IMG/VR virus record: IMGVR_UViG_3300037245_001077 | Coordinates: 96,001 to 160,000 of that record | From: a virus | Direction: 5' to 3' (one strand) | Length of the DNA stretch: 64,000 nucleotides | Shown: piece after piece, positions 18,517-28,889 of the stretch | Layout: each line of letters begins with the position of its first letter | Numbering within the stretch: position 1 is the first letter of the stretch | Notes under the pieces: model-generated | What the model was told of the DNA's origin: nothing | The model's database searches: none | What the model saw: only the letters and a program-made list of their open reading frames with translations | Position numbers and translations under genes: made by a program

Positions 18517-19264
18517 AGCCAAGAATATTGGCGGTCATGCTGCGACAAAGAGTCCATGGCGACATCATGCGATAGTTGCCACTGTAAGTGCGGCCCTTCG
18601 CCCAGGTAGATCTCAAGCCCTACACGATGTAGGGCAGCGGATGATGTTCCCTCGTTTTGCTAGGCTTGAGGCCGAATTCCGTAGACAATTGACGGATACC
18701 TTCAAGACTATCACCACAAACGGGGAGATGAGCAACCGGAAGATAAAAAAGATCTTCCGGATTTTCTATACCCAAGCTTTTCAAATGGGGCAAGCTGTTT
18801 CCAAAGGGGGAATTAGCCAGAAGCTTCCTCCACTTAACAAGGAGGATAAGCGGTGGTTAGAAACCTACCTGCGGAAAGAGTTTGATCTGTGGAAAAAGTT
18901 CATGGGCGATGTCCGGGCCAAAAAAGGAAAGATGGATTACGACCAGCGTAAGGAGTTGTATGTTCAAAGCCTGAGATCCATGTATCACAGTTCTCGGGTG
19001 ATTGCTACACCACCTATGACATTGTTCTATTGGATGACCACTCCAGCGGAGCACTGTCCACATTGTTTGTACTTGCAGGCGAAAAGCCCGTACATAAAGG
19101 AAAATCTCCCTACGGTTCCCGCAAGTGGAGATACGCAATGCCAGAGCAATTGTCGCTGTCATCTACGGGCAGTTCAAGTTACCATCGTGGAATATCTTAG
19201 GGTCAAACAAAAAGCCCCGACTCGTCAGGAGCTTCTTCGGGGAATGCGTGCCCTCACCAGATAA
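18497..19264 (+). CDS. head morphogenesis protein (Mu gpF / SPP1 gp7-like)
   Basis: YWMTTPAEHCPHC...PASGDTQCQSNCRCHL metal-binding motif; start reassigned to 18497 (MTKKLHE). Confidence 0.7.
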   Translation: MTKKLHEAKNIGGHAATKSPWRHHAIVATVSAALRPGRSQALHDVGQRMMFPRFARLEAEFRRQLTDTFKTITTNGEMSNRKIKKIFRIFYTQAFQMGQAVSKGGISQKLPPLNKEDKRWLETYLRKEFDLWKKFMGDVRAKKGKMDYDQRKELYVQSLRSMYHSSRVIATPPMTLFYWMTTPAEHCPHCLYLQAKSPYIKENLPTVPASGDTQCQSNCRCHLRAVQVTIVEYLRVKQKAPTRQELLRGMRALTR

Positions 19265-19297
19265 GCTGCGGTATTCATTAACTGGTAGGAGTTGGAT

Positions 19298-19771
19298 ATG
19301 AATTTGGTTGAAAAGCTAGACGCCTTCCTCACAGACATGTTGGGGAAAGGGTTTTCTGGGGGTGAGATTGCGGAACTACTCCTATTTGAAGATTTTCAAT
19401 TATCGGAGACCGTAAAGCGTGTTCGCCGTAAAGTAAGTGGGATCAACGTTACTATACGTAAAGTGGGGCGTCCTAACCCCCTTAGATCTCAAAAAGCTAA
19501 GAGAGCTGCACGTGCCCACAGAGCTACTCGGGCAGCCGCTTCGCGTAGGTTCCAACGGTCTCCTAAGGCCAAGCAGATGCGTCGAGTGATGTCTCGGGTA
19601 CGGAAGACTAAGCCTAAGCGTCTTAGCCGTCCTAAGCGTCCAGCAATGCGGCGTCCTAAGCGTCCAGCAACCCGGCGTCCTAAGCGTATAGCGACACGGC
19701 GTCCTAAGCGTTCAGCGACACGGCGTCCTAGAGTGAAGCGGTATGGTCCTCCTCGTCGGCGTAGGCGGTAA
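19298..19771 (+). CDS. protamine-like Arg/Lys-rich protein with acidic leader
   Basis: AGGAG RBS before ATG 19298; last 120 aa contain no D or E; RRPKR repeats. Confidence 0.8.
   Translation: MNLVEKLDAFLTDMLGKGFSGGEIAELLLFEDFQLSETVKRVRRKVSGINVTIRKVGRPNPLRSQKAKRAARAHRATRAAASRRFQRSPKAKQMRRVMSRVRKTKPKRLSRPKRPAMRRPKRPATRRPKRIATRRPKRSATRRPRVKRYGPPRRRRR
19628..19732 (+). repeat. 24-bp period repeat encoding RPKRxAxR
   Basis: CGTCCTA(A/G) at 19628, 19652, 19676, 19700 and 19724. Confidence 0.92.
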
Positions 19772-19774
19772 ATT

Positions 19775-22700
19775 ATGAGAGTTGGGGACACTTTTCCTTC
19801 TAATGTTCGTTGGCGTTTCTATGACATCATGGAAATTGACCAAAAAGAATTTAGAAAACGCAGCAACCACAACGGTATTACCAAGTTGATGTGGCATGGC
19901 CTCTTCGGGGGCAATTCTAAAACTTTGCCCATGGTGTATGTCAACGGTATTCCCGCAGAAGAAACTCCTGACCGGGAGAAGTATCTCGTACTTCGCCCAA
20001 AGGGGAGAGAGGGGCTACTTTCGGCTACTGCCCTAGCAACTAAGCACGGGCATCTTCCTCGTAGCTTTTCTGCTTATCTTGTAGCGCCTTCTCCCGAGTT
20101 CTTTGAAAGTTTGTCAGTAAAAGCATATGGGCTTTGGCAGGACGTTGCAGATAGGAAAATAACTGCGAAAGCTGCTGAAGGAAAAATAGAAGACTTCGTT
20201 AACAGAGAAGCCGATAAGATTGTTTTAGGGCGAATAGTTATCCGGGCGAATAGCCGATCAACCAAAAGAGAGTGGACCTCCTTCCAGGTGAGCGCGGATA
20301 TGGGTAGCCGGGAAGTCATGCGTTGGGGAGGATTGGCTGTTGGTACAAGTAATTTTCCTGCACAAGAGAAAGCAAAGCTTACAACAGGGATTAGCCCCAG
20401 TAACCGAGAGCTAGATGTTCGTTCAGCGGTTACTCTAAACTATTATGCTGGGGCTTGGAAACTGTTCCAAAAGTTTGTGACCAGTCCTAGAACATCAGAG
20501 GGGCCTATAGCTCAACTCCATAAAGCTTTGAACGCTGGTTCGGTACGCGAAGGTTATGACACAGCAGACACGCCACACAAAAGAAAGCCTGAAGGGACGC
20601 CTGAGGTTCCTAAAGAAGAAGACAAGCCCACTTTCCGTAGACAAGAGTACAACCGCAGTAAGGTTGTTCCCTCTCGTCCCGTGACAGGTGGTGGGGATGC
20701 CGCTAATTTTGTCACCGCGAAAACGAGTGAAAAAGTATGGCAAAATGCCCAAGGGGTGTACATAGTCCCTAAGGATATGAACAGAAGGTCGATGGGGAGG
20801 CTACAGCCTGTTAGCACAGTGGCTCCTTTGGTTGAGACAAGTGAGTTCAAGGTAATCTTTGGGATTGTGTATGACCACCCACTGTTTAACTCTAGACTCA
20901 AAGACCAAATTTGGTGGTACTCTAACCGAAACCAGTTTATTGCTTCTGCCAAAGAATACGCCATGATGTTTGGAGATCAAGCGCACTTGGCCTATCGGAT
21001 TATCCCAAAAAGAGGGAAATTGGCCAATACGTACATCTCCAAGAACGTGTTTTCTTCACAGTTTACTAGCCCGGAAGTGAATGAAACTACGATTGAGCTA
21101 GGGCGTTTGGTACAATCTTTCATTCGAGCAGGGAAAGAGGGCCAACGGCAATACCCCGTTATAGTCCAAAAACGGTTAGGTATCACGGAAAAGGATATAC
21201 GTAACACGGACAAGGATGAGCGTCCAGAATCAGTTACTCCTGAAGCTTGGGTTCACTACTTACGTTGGGTTCGTAGGCAGACCAGAGGTGTTTTGGGGCT
21301 TAACATTATGGCCTCAATTCCTAAGAAGTATGTGGACCTTGATACTGGAAAACTCAAGCCTCTTCAATTCTCTCGGTATGACCAGAAAGCGCGTATTGGG
21401 CGTAAGAGAACAGAGCAGTTCACAGGAGAAAAAGACGCTAAGGGTAAGGCTATTGAGCCTTGGGGCCTTTACTTGATCCAGTACCTACTAGCTTACAAAG
21501 CCAACCGATCAATGTCGGGGGCTACGTTTATGATCCCGCTCAATGTTTTACGTGCTACTAAGGTAGAATTGTCTCCGCGTAATAGCTTAAAACGAATTGA
21601 TGCAATCTCGTTGAAGAAGCTATTACGAGAGCACTACAATAAATACCGTTTTCTGTCTAGTGGGAATTGGCATTTCATCAAAGCTGAAACACATCTTCAT
21701 TTTCCATTTGCACGATTGATTCGACCTATGGTTGTTGTTAGTAAGGAAAAACTGGATAAGATCAACCAAAAGATTAGCTATCCAGGGATCAGACGTACTC
21801 ATCATGGGTACGTAATTGATGGGATTGAGTACTCAGCTTACGCTATGGTAGTGGCTATGCCCCCATCAGTGGCTGACAAAGAGTTTGGGCTGTTGAATCG
21901 CCACGCATACGCACGCCAGATTATTGACGAACCAGAGATGGTGTATCGTCTACGGCGTACTATCCGAGGCCACCGCCAATCAATGCGGGACATGGGGTTA
22001 ACCAACGTTTATCTTAAGCTCCAAGGGTTAACAGATGAAGATCCAGATGTTATGATGGGTAAAAGCCCTGGTGTATCTTTCCACACGAAGAAGTCACTTG
22101 CCGGTACAGATCCTATAGACGTACTTGGGAAAACTTCAACGATTCTTCCTACGGATTACTACGCTAAGTTTAACGAAATTGGGAAGAGATGGGAACCTAT
22201 TATTAAATCGGTTCTTGATAGAGCAGGTAACGTTGTTAAACGTACTGTTATGGGGTACCAAAGTACTAATGATCTTGCACAAAAACACTCAGCATACATA
22301 CAGTACATCGAGGAAGTGATTAAACTTAACCCAGCAGTGCGTGGTTATCTCAAACGGTATCTTGCGGATCTGGCACGAGTAAGGGCTACTCCTGGGACAG
22401 AACAAGGGGAAATGGCTGCTGCTGCCGATATTTTTGTTAAGTATTTGGAGCGAGAAGTTAATCCTGGTTCAGGGAAACATTACCGGGTACCTACACTCAT
22501 TAACCGCTTAGGACTTACAGAGTACCACGCTCCTTGGGGTTCGGTACATGGTTCTTCTCAAATGATGACCACAAAAGCTCCTTCTGAAGATGTGGCAAAA
22601 TTGATTATTCTGCACCGACTACTTCGTCGTTCTGCTCAGAACAAAGCCGTAGGTCGGGTAATGAACGTGACGAGATTTAGGGGAAGAGGGAAATTGTTTC

Positions 22701-22885
22701 CTGATCTCCATGGACGTATTTTGGCACAATGGGCTTCGGCTAAGTTTATGGTGGTCGCAAGTCATGATCCTAAAGGAGTGCGTCGGATTGAACAACGGAG
22801 ATTCTATAGCGCCCGATCAAGAGAAGTTCAGCAGGCTGCCCCCATGGGAGACCATCGTTACGCTAAGATGCTACGGACAGATTAA
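19775..22885 (+). CDS. large basic hypothetical protein, internal virion protein candidate
   Basis: 1036-aa ORF, K/R-rich, no recognised motif, within the head operon. Confidence 0.65.
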   Translation: MRVGDTFPSNVRWRFYDIMEIDQKEFRKRSNHNGITKLMWHGLFGGNSKTLPMVYVNGIPAEETPDREKYLVLRPKGREGLLSATALATKHGHLPRSFSAYLVAPSPEFFESLSVKAYGLWQDVADRKITAKAAEGKIEDFVNREADKIVLGRIVIRANSRSTKREWTSFQVSADMGSREVMRWGGLAVGTSNFPAQEKAKLTTGISPSNRELDVRSAVTLNYYAGAWKLFQKFVTSPRTSEGPIAQLHKALNAGSVREGYDTADTPHKRKPEGTPEVPKEEDKPTFRRQEYNRSKVVPSRPVTGGGDAANFVTAKTSEKVWQNAQGVYIVPKDMNRRSMGRLQPVSTVAPLVETSEFKVIFGIVYDHPLFNSRLKDQIWWYSNRNQFIASAKEYAMMFGDQAHLAYRIIPKRGKLANTYISKNVFSSQFTSPEVNETTIELGRLVQSFIRAGKEGQRQYPVIVQKRLGITEKDIRNTDKDERPESVTPEAWVHYLRWVRRQTRGVLGLNIMASIPKKYVDLDTGKLKPLQFSRYDQKARIGRKRTEQFTGEKDAKGKAIEPWGLYLIQYLLAYKANRSMSGATFMIPLNVLRATKVELSPRNSLKRIDAISLKKLLREHYNKYRFLSSGNWHFIKAETHLHFPFARLIRPMVVVSKEKLDKINQKISYPGIRRTHHGYVIDGIEYSAYAMVVAMPPSVADKEFGLLNRHAYARQIIDEPEMVYRLRRTIRGHRQSMRDMGLTNVYLKLQGLTDEDPDVMMGKSPGVSFHTKKSLAGTDPIDVLGKTSTILPTDYYAKFNEIGKRWEPIIKSVLDRAGNVVKRTVMGYQSTNDLAQKHSAYIQYIEEVIKLNPAVRGYLKRYLADLARVRATPGTEQGEMAAAADIFVKYLEREVNPGSGKHYRVPTLINRLGLTEYHAPWGSVHGSSQMMTTKAPSEDVAKLIILHRLLRRSAQNKAVGRVMNVTRFRGRGKLFPDLHGRILAQWASAKFMVVASHDPKGVRRIEQRRFYSARSREVQQAAPMGDHRYAKMLRTD

Positions 22886-23934
22886 TGGGTTTTTTGGTTA
22901 TCGAACGTCACGTATTTTACGCAGAGGGGAAAGAATATGCTGACCCGCGTTCTGCTGGGCAGACTCATCTCTTTTTGCGTCACCAACGTGTGCCTTGGGA
23001 AAATAGTTTCTACAAGAGCGTGGTATACCTTTCTGGTGCTCAGTTGTCTACTCCTCCTTCTAGTGGAGGACGTTCGGCTGGAATCGAAACCATGCGTGAG
23101 TACTTTTTGGGGAGTAAGAAATATGCTCACCCAAGACTTATCGTGGGGGATATCCATTCATCTAATGAAATTATGTCCAAGAGTCAGATCGGGCAACTTT
23201 TAGTAGGGTCATACGCTCGCCGGTACAGTGCTTTCGCTAGAGAACACACAATCCGAAAGCCTAAAGACAGAGGGAATGAGGGGTGGTTTGTTTTTGACCC
23301 CTCTCAACCTGGACGGAAAGCGTTGAAGCGGGATACCTACTTACGGTTGGCTAGAGCAGTAGTCAAGAAGATGTCTCCTAACAAAACTACGCGCCCTAAA
23401 ATGTACACAGGTAAAGATGGTCGTCGTCGGCGTTATGACACGGACAAGATTATTGTTTTGGGTATGGGGTATCGGTTAGCTTACTACCACGGTCCAACTT
23501 CTGAGTTGGCGGATATGGGAGCCGATAACAAGCTGCAACGTCGAGTTAACCAGTTCTTAAGTAAGCAAGCAGGCTCTGTAGGTGAAGCAGGGAAAGAACA
23601 GTGGTTCGTACTTGGGAAGTTCAAGACCGCGTATGCGAGTGTTCGTGCGCGTCCTACTCCTCATGGTAGACAGATGAAGGTTTTAACTTACCGTCAGGGT
23701 AAGGGTTTACGCCCAGTAGCTAGAGAAGAAAGTACAGCCATTAGGCCCCTGTTCATTGTTAACGCTAGGACAGAACAAGAAGCTAAAGAGGAGGCTCAAA
23801 AGCGTTTTTCGCAGATGATGGGTACAGATTCGGTCCAACGTCGGCAAGCTGTACTTCAACAGGAGAAGTGGGTTGATAGCGGAGAAGCTGTCATCCCGCG
23901 TAGAATATGGAACATGCACCGCTCAAACCATTAG
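22885..23934 (+). CDS. basic hypothetical protein
   Basis: TAATG coupling; K/R-rich. Confidence 0.6.
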   Translation: MGFLVIERHVFYAEGKEYADPRSAGQTHLFLRHQRVPWENSFYKSVVYLSGAQLSTPPSSGGRSAGIETMREYFLGSKKYAHPRLIVGDIHSSNEIMSKSQIGQLLVGSYARRYSAFAREHTIRKPKDRGNEGWFVFDPSQPGRKALKRDTYLRLARAVVKKMSPNKTTRPKMYTGKDGRRRRYDTDKIIVLGMGYRLAYYHGPTSELADMGADNKLQRRVNQFLSKQAGSVGEAGKEQWFVLGKFKTAYASVRARPTPHGRQMKVLTYRQGKGLRPVAREESTAIRPLFIVNARTEQEAKEEAQKRFSQMMGTDSVQRRQAVLQQEKWVDSGEAVIPRRIWNMHRSNH

Positions 23935-24008
23935 AGGACTTCTCTTAAAAAGTTTGGTTCCTGAGGGTTTATTGTGTGTGGATGCATAGATTTGATAGGA
24001 GGATTGAC

Positions 24009-24377
24009 ATGAATCGCCCAATAGACACGCTCTACTATCAGTGGGTTGCTAATGAAGAAGACAAGCAGATCCCAACTGTGTTTGAAGAGATTACTGAAAT
24101 GGAAGACGCTGAGAAGTTCGATGACCTTCTAAGCGTGTATGCTGATGCCGTTGCTGCCCTGATCGAAGGGGAAGTAGCACATCGTGCGCTGATCGAAGAG
24201 TACATCACCCAGGCCACTTGTGACGAAGCATTGCAGGAAGCTGGCCAAGAAGAAATTGCCCAAGCCATCCAAGAGATGGAAGACGTTCAAGAGAGTGAAC
24301 AAGACGTAACCGCTTGCAGGAATTCTTTGGATATCCTGCACACTAGCCTCGTGAAAACGTTTGCTCGGGGCGAGTAA
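24009..24377 (+). CDS. acidic helical protein, prohead core candidate
   Basis: ATG 24009 after AGGAGG; Glu-rich. Confidence 0.55.
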   Translation: MNRPIDTLYYQWVANEEDKQIPTVFEEITEMEDAEKFDDLLSVYADAVAALIEGEVAHRALIEEYITQATCDEALQEAGQEEIAQAIQEMEDVQESEQDVTACRNSLDILHTSLVKTFARGE

Positions 24378-24382
24378 AACTG

Positions 24383-24856
24383 ATGAATAAGAAACCGTTA
24401 GTTCGGGCGTCACAGATCACCAATGCTGAGGCTGTACGTGAGGCTCTAAATCGGCTACTATACGGCGACGATGAAGCGCCTAGAGACACGAAAGCTTACG
24501 GTTGGAACAAGCTCCACTATGATGAGGGGAGAGACGACATGAAGATGTGGTACGAAGAATTGCAGGACATTGATAAGGTCATTTCGGAAGCTGAAGAGGT
24601 TAACCCTACAGACCTACCCACGGGTGGGTTAGTAGAGAAGCTGGATGTCGCAGCAGAGAAATTGAGTAGTTGGTACGCAGCGGCTGTGCCTATTTACCAA
24701 AAGCGCATTCTCCATATTCGTTATGACGAGTTGGCAGAGCTTGCTGGTGACCTTCGTTCTGGAAAGATTAACTCGGCAGAAGCTCAAGCACGTTTTGACG
24801 ATGTGATGGCAGACGTTAGTGAGATTGTAGACTTTTCGAAGTTCATGGAGGGTTAA
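24383..24856 (+). CDS. acidic helical hypothetical protein
   Basis: ORF within the operon. Confidence 0.55.
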   Translation: MNKKPLVRASQITNAEAVREALNRLLYGDDEAPRDTKAYGWNKLHYDEGRDDMKMWYEELQDIDKVISEAEEVNPTDLPTGGLVEKLDVAAEKLSSWYAAAVPIYQKRILHIRYDELAELAGDLRSGKINSAEAQARFDDVMADVSEIVDFSKFMEG

Positions 24857-24859
24857 GCC

Positions 24860-25228
24860 ATGCCGACCCTATCGTTTGATGGGTCGGTCTACTACTCTAG
24901 CGAGGTTGATCGTAGGGAGCTAGTAAGGCTTGCCCCGTCGTATGATGTTGATGTGCTCATGCAACGTGCTCGGTCTACTATCGTGGCCGCTGACGTTCAT
25001 GAAATCAACTTTACTGATTTGCCTAACAACAAGGCTACCAACATTCTTCTCTCTGTAGCAGAGGGGGATGTTGATGTGGCTATTACGGATGATAATTCCG
25101 TTGTCAGTACGTATAACCTAAAACCGTCAGGTATGATAATCTTGATGAATACGCTTGTTACGGACCTCACTATTACGGCTATTGCCGACTCCGTGTATGA
25201 CTTGATCGCTGCTGGGAAAGCATCATAA
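24860..25228 (+). CDS. small beta-rich structural protein candidate
   Basis: GGAGGG RBS; alternating beta pattern. Confidence 0.5.
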   Translation: MPTLSFDGSVYYSSEVDRRELVRLAPSYDVDVLMQRARSTIVAADVHEINFTDLPNNKATNILLSVAEGDVDVAITDDNSVVSTYNLKPSGMIILMNTLVTDLTITAIADSVYDLIAAGKAS

Positions 25229-27408
25229 TGCGATTTCCAAAGATACCTTCTGTACCTGAGCTAGGGCTATTTTATGGGGATCAGGGGGGACCGGGAACGA
25301 GTCTCCCTTCTTCTGATGCCCATAAGCTATGTCCTTTTTTAGCTGGGGAAGACAAGGCGTTTTGCTCGTTGGATGGGGCCTTGTGCCCTTTCATCGGGTT
25401 TAACTACCGTAGGTGTAAGAAGTACACCAACAACATGGCTAAGGGTACTTTGCAAGCCAATGACAGGGTTTCAGGTTCCAGTAAACCCCCCCGCATGGAG
25501 GCCCTCACAGAAGCGGCCAAAAAAAGGGGGTCCGCAAGTGAAGAAGACGTTACCAAAGCCTTAGATAGTCTTGAAGCTAAAGACATTAAGTCAGGGCTGT
25601 TTGCTGCTTTCGCTACTGACTTAGGAGTTCTAGCGGATGAAGGTGCGTCTCCAGAGGAATTAAAATCTCTCCAAGCAGAAATTGAACAGCAACTGTTGGC
25701 TTTTAAGCTTGTAACTCCCCCTATCATTGGGGAACCTGAGCCTGGAGAAACTGCGAAAGAGCGTAAAACAAGAGAAAAATTCGCAAGTAAGAGGATCAAC
25801 GCTCAAAAATTTCAACTTGAAAGAAAAAGAAAACTTGTAAACGCTTACATTGTTCGTACACTGGGTAGTATAGATGACAGTGGACGTAGGGCGAATGTTC
25901 AGATTGCCGCTGATGCTTTGTTCGATTTTGCCACTATGAGTGTGGAACAAGGTGTTCCAGATATAACACACTACCAAACACGACAAACCAATATCCGTCA
26001 TCATGATGCAGGAAACACGGAAGATCTGTTTTTCGGTAAGTACTCAGAGCGCATGAAGCACTCAGCTACATCTGCCAGTACAGAAGACCCAGACAACCGT
26101 CCCCATGAGCCACGTAAGGGACCGAATAGGGGTGCAAGTGCTCCTGATCCTAAAGGGCACCCTGGCCCAAGGCCCAGAAAGTCTTACGCTGGAGAGTCCC
26201 AAGCTAAAGCTAGAAATGCTTATGAGGCCCAAAAAAGAGCGGATAAGGCAGCAAGAAAACTTTTTAAAAAAGCCAAGAAGAAGGCTAAAAAGAAGGCTAG
26301 GGATAGACGTTTTAAAGAGCTAGAGAAAGAAGTAGCTAAAGGTGCATCTCCCGCGTATAAAGCATATAAGCGTCACCCTAGCGGACAAGCCCAAACTAGC
26401 ACGAAAGCACGTACCGCAGAGCAATTTGCTGGTTGGGCAAATGAGCTGTCTAAACATTACTCACAAGAGACTATAGACGCTGTTTTCCGTGGAGGAAATC
26501 GTGACGCAGATCAGAATATAGAGACAACAAAACAATCAGCCGAAAAACTCTATGCGAATAATGATGTTAAGAGTATTGCAGATTTACAAAAAGGACTTTT
26601 AGCAAAGTTGAGCAAGTTTGATGATATCGAGCACAAGAAAAAGGTTTTCGATTTAGAGTTTGAAGAAAATAAGAGAAAAGCACGGATACTTGACCCACGT
26701 CTAGACGAAAAGTTGAGAGCTTGGAAAACTGATCCAGAGCGATTGGGTAAAATTGCTACGATGCAAAATAAGGCCATTCGTAGACTCTATAGACTTGAAT
26801 ACCAAAAAGTAAAAATTGGTAACAGTGAGGTTATGCAAACTATTCGTAAAGCCACGGTACCTATGATGACCCGTGCAGACTATGAAGTTATTCGTATGTC
26901 TGAACAGCTTGGGTTGGCCGCAATCCAGAAGCAACATCAGTATGGACGCAAATATGGTAAATTTAACAGTTGGGTGTTGTTTGCAAAATCAATAGTTATA
27001 CCTGCTTTTGCCGCATCTCTGGGGTATACTCAGTATATCCCTATCCTTAGCCGTGCTTTCCCACAGCCCTGGTTAGACTCTTTCTACTTTGCTTACGTAG
27101 AAACACCTTTGCCCAAGTACCAAAGGTATGGGGGTAAAGATGATGGGCTGGTAATGTCTCGTGACGATAAGAGTATGATCAGCCAGCGTATGGTTTCTGG
27201 GCGTAGCAAGAAACTCATGAAGGGCTTTGATAAAGACTATGTTATGCCCCCGGATAGAGCGGTACTACACACCCAGTGGCGTCCTACCACTAAGAAGAGT
27301 TGGGGAAAAATTCGCCATAAAGAGTTGGCAAGACGGTTTCATGCTGCTAAAGTTAAGCCCCCTGCGGGTGCGGCTGATACTTGGCGTCGTGGGTTCTTAC
27401 GGAGATAA
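25228..27408 (+). CDS. basic hypothetical protein with N-terminal 4-Cys motif
   Basis: CPF..C..CPF..C motif; KKAKKKAKKK tract. Confidence 0.6.
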   Translation: MRFPKIPSVPELGLFYGDQGGPGTSLPSSDAHKLCPFLAGEDKAFCSLDGALCPFIGFNYRRCKKYTNNMAKGTLQANDRVSGSSKPPRMEALTEAAKKRGSASEEDVTKALDSLEAKDIKSGLFAAFATDLGVLADEGASPEELKSLQAEIEQQLLAFKLVTPPIIGEPEPGETAKERKTREKFASKRINAQKFQLERKRKLVNAYIVRTLGSIDDSGRRANVQIAADALFDFATMSVEQGVPDITHYQTRQTNIRHHDAGNTEDLFFGKYSERMKHSATSASTEDPDNRPHEPRKGPNRGASAPDPKGHPGPRPRKSYAGESQAKARNAYEAQKRADKAARKLFKKAKKKAKKKARDRRFKELEKEVAKGASPAYKAYKRHPSGQAQTSTKARTAEQFAGWANELSKHYSQETIDAVFRGGNRDADQNIETTKQSAEKLYANNDVKSIADLQKGLLAKLSKFDDIEHKKKVFDLEFEENKRKARILDPRLDEKLRAWKTDPERLGKIATMQNKAIRRLYRLEYQKVKIGNSEVMQTIRKATVPMMTRADYEVIRMSEQLGLAAIQKQHQYGRKYGKFNSWVLFAKSIVIPAFAASLGYTQYIPILSRAFPQPWLDSFYFAYVETPLPKYQRYGGKDDGLVMSRDDKSMISQRMVSGRSKKLMKGFDKDYVMPPDRAVLHTQWRPTTKKSWGKIRHKELARRFHAAKVKPPAGAADTWRRGFLRR

Positions 27409-27410
27409 TA

Positions 27411-28889
27411 ATGGCTCGTACTACACCACGTAAGGTTACTCCTAAACTCCAGTCTGTTGGAGGTGCGCGTCCTGTTAGATTTGAGGGCGGGACAGAGATG
27501 GAGTTGCATGGGTATTTGATCCCTGAGAAGCAAGAAGCTCGGGTAGAGATACCTATTTTCCAACATGCCTTCTACCCCACGCTCAAGCATACTGACCTTG
27601 ACGTTAAGCAGAACATCACCTACCGCTCTGTAACGCTTCCCTCCTTGTCCACCCTTAGGGCACATGGTATCGAGGCTGAGAGGGCCGTTTTTGTGGCTGA
27701 GGTGGTCGTTCATCCTCGGTACATCAAACACGCAAATTATTTCCGGGGGGATTTTCCTGCGAGCATGAAGACTCTTGCCCGTCGAGAAAATATCGTTTTT
27801 CTTTTCGCAGCTAACGATATGCCCTCGGCTAGGTTAAAGCGGAAGCAGGTTTTGAACTTCTGGCGTTTATCCTTTTCTCCTCTTTTGTTGAAGGGGAGAC
27901 AGTACACCTCTGGGCGTATGAGCTTCTTTATGGTTGCGCCTCCAGAGTCTGTGTCTAAGTTTAAGAGGTCGCTTAACCTTGAGGGTGTAACTGCGGAAAA
28001 CGTTAACAAGATTTTAGAATATTACCCTGCGGTTAGCCGTACACGGAGACCAAGAAAACGTGGACCTCGTGCGAAGTACACGGTTGAAGAGCGTAGGTTG
28101 GCTAACGAGTTGGTGAAAGAAACTTCCAGTAGGTTGTCAGACCAACTACTTCCTTTGGTGACTTCAAAATTTGACATCGCACCGAACTCGTCTACAGCTA
28201 AGCAGTTGGATGCTTATTTGAGTAATCCCGCTACTAGCCGAGAACTGATAAAGGCTACAGAAGGTAAGCGTAATCGTGCTTGGGCAGTAAAGAAATGGGT
28301 GAAGTCATCCATGCTTCCCCGTGTAATAGAGATTGCCAAGGACGAAGCGGCAATGGCAGGGGAGTCTATAGTCCGTTTTGCTGTTCTTGCAACTATCACA
28401 ACAGGAGTTAATATCGCCCTAGGACAGGCACAAGCCAGTAGAATAGGTAAAAAAATTAACGCCCTTCAGAAACTTGAGTATAAGCCTTCTCGGATGGCTT
28501 CGCATACACAGGTAGGCGCAGGGACTCTGGCTTTCAAGTTCTCACCTAATGCTAAAGACTTGTCTTCTATGCAACTGCAAGTAACCAAAAAAGCGATGGC
28601 AGAAATTATGGGCAATTTTGGGCAGTGGGATTACACTTCCGCACAAGGGTCTCTTTTTGACATCACGCTGAACTTGCACAATAAAACTAAACCAATAACA
28701 GTTAAATTGGACCATGCTGCGTTAAGAGTTCACCGGGGGCAGAACAAAGAGAACTTAGGGCCTTTTGCACATAAAAGTCAAGATAACTACCTCACCCAAC
28801 ATATTCTACCCGGCGTAGAACGAGAACTGAACATGTGGTTCCAGCACGGTAGAGAGTCTGAAGAAGATAGTCTACTAGGCAATTATTAA
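27411..28889 (+). CDS. basic hypothetical protein with hydrophobic helix
   Basis: ATG 27411 after GGAG; IVRFAVLATITTGVNIALG. Confidence 0.6.
   Translation: MARTTPRKVTPKLQSVGGARPVRFEGGTEMELHGYLIPEKQEARVEIPIFQHAFYPTLKHTDLDVKQNITYRSVTLPSLSTLRAHGIEAERAVFVAEVVVHPRYIKHANYFRGDFPASMKTLARRENIVFLFAANDMPSARLKRKQVLNFWRLSFSPLLLKGRQYTSGRMSFFMVAPPESVSKFKRSLNLEGVTAENVNKILEYYPAVSRTRRPRKRGPRAKYTVEERRLANELVKETSSRLSDQLLPLVTSKFDIAPNSSTAKQLDAYLSNPATSRELIKATEGKRNRAWAVKKWVKSSMLPRVIEIAKDEAAMAGESIVRFAVLATITTGVNIALGQAQASRIGKKINALQKLEYKPSRMASHTQVGAGTLAFKFSPNAKDLSSMQLQVTKKAMAEIMGNFGQWDYTSAQGSLFDITLNLHNKTKPITVKLDHAALRVHRGQNKENLGPFAHKSQDNYLTQHILPGVERELNMWFQHGRESEEDSLLGNY

Noticed and set aside
17659-19732. 24-bp repeats as a CRISPR array
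   Set aside because: The repeats are tandem, in-frame and coding, with no unique spacers and no cas genes
20060-27960. Shared S-x-(F/Y)-x-V-A-P-P-like motif in ORFs 19775 (twice) and 27411
   Set aside because: Too short and degenerate to support paralogy by eye
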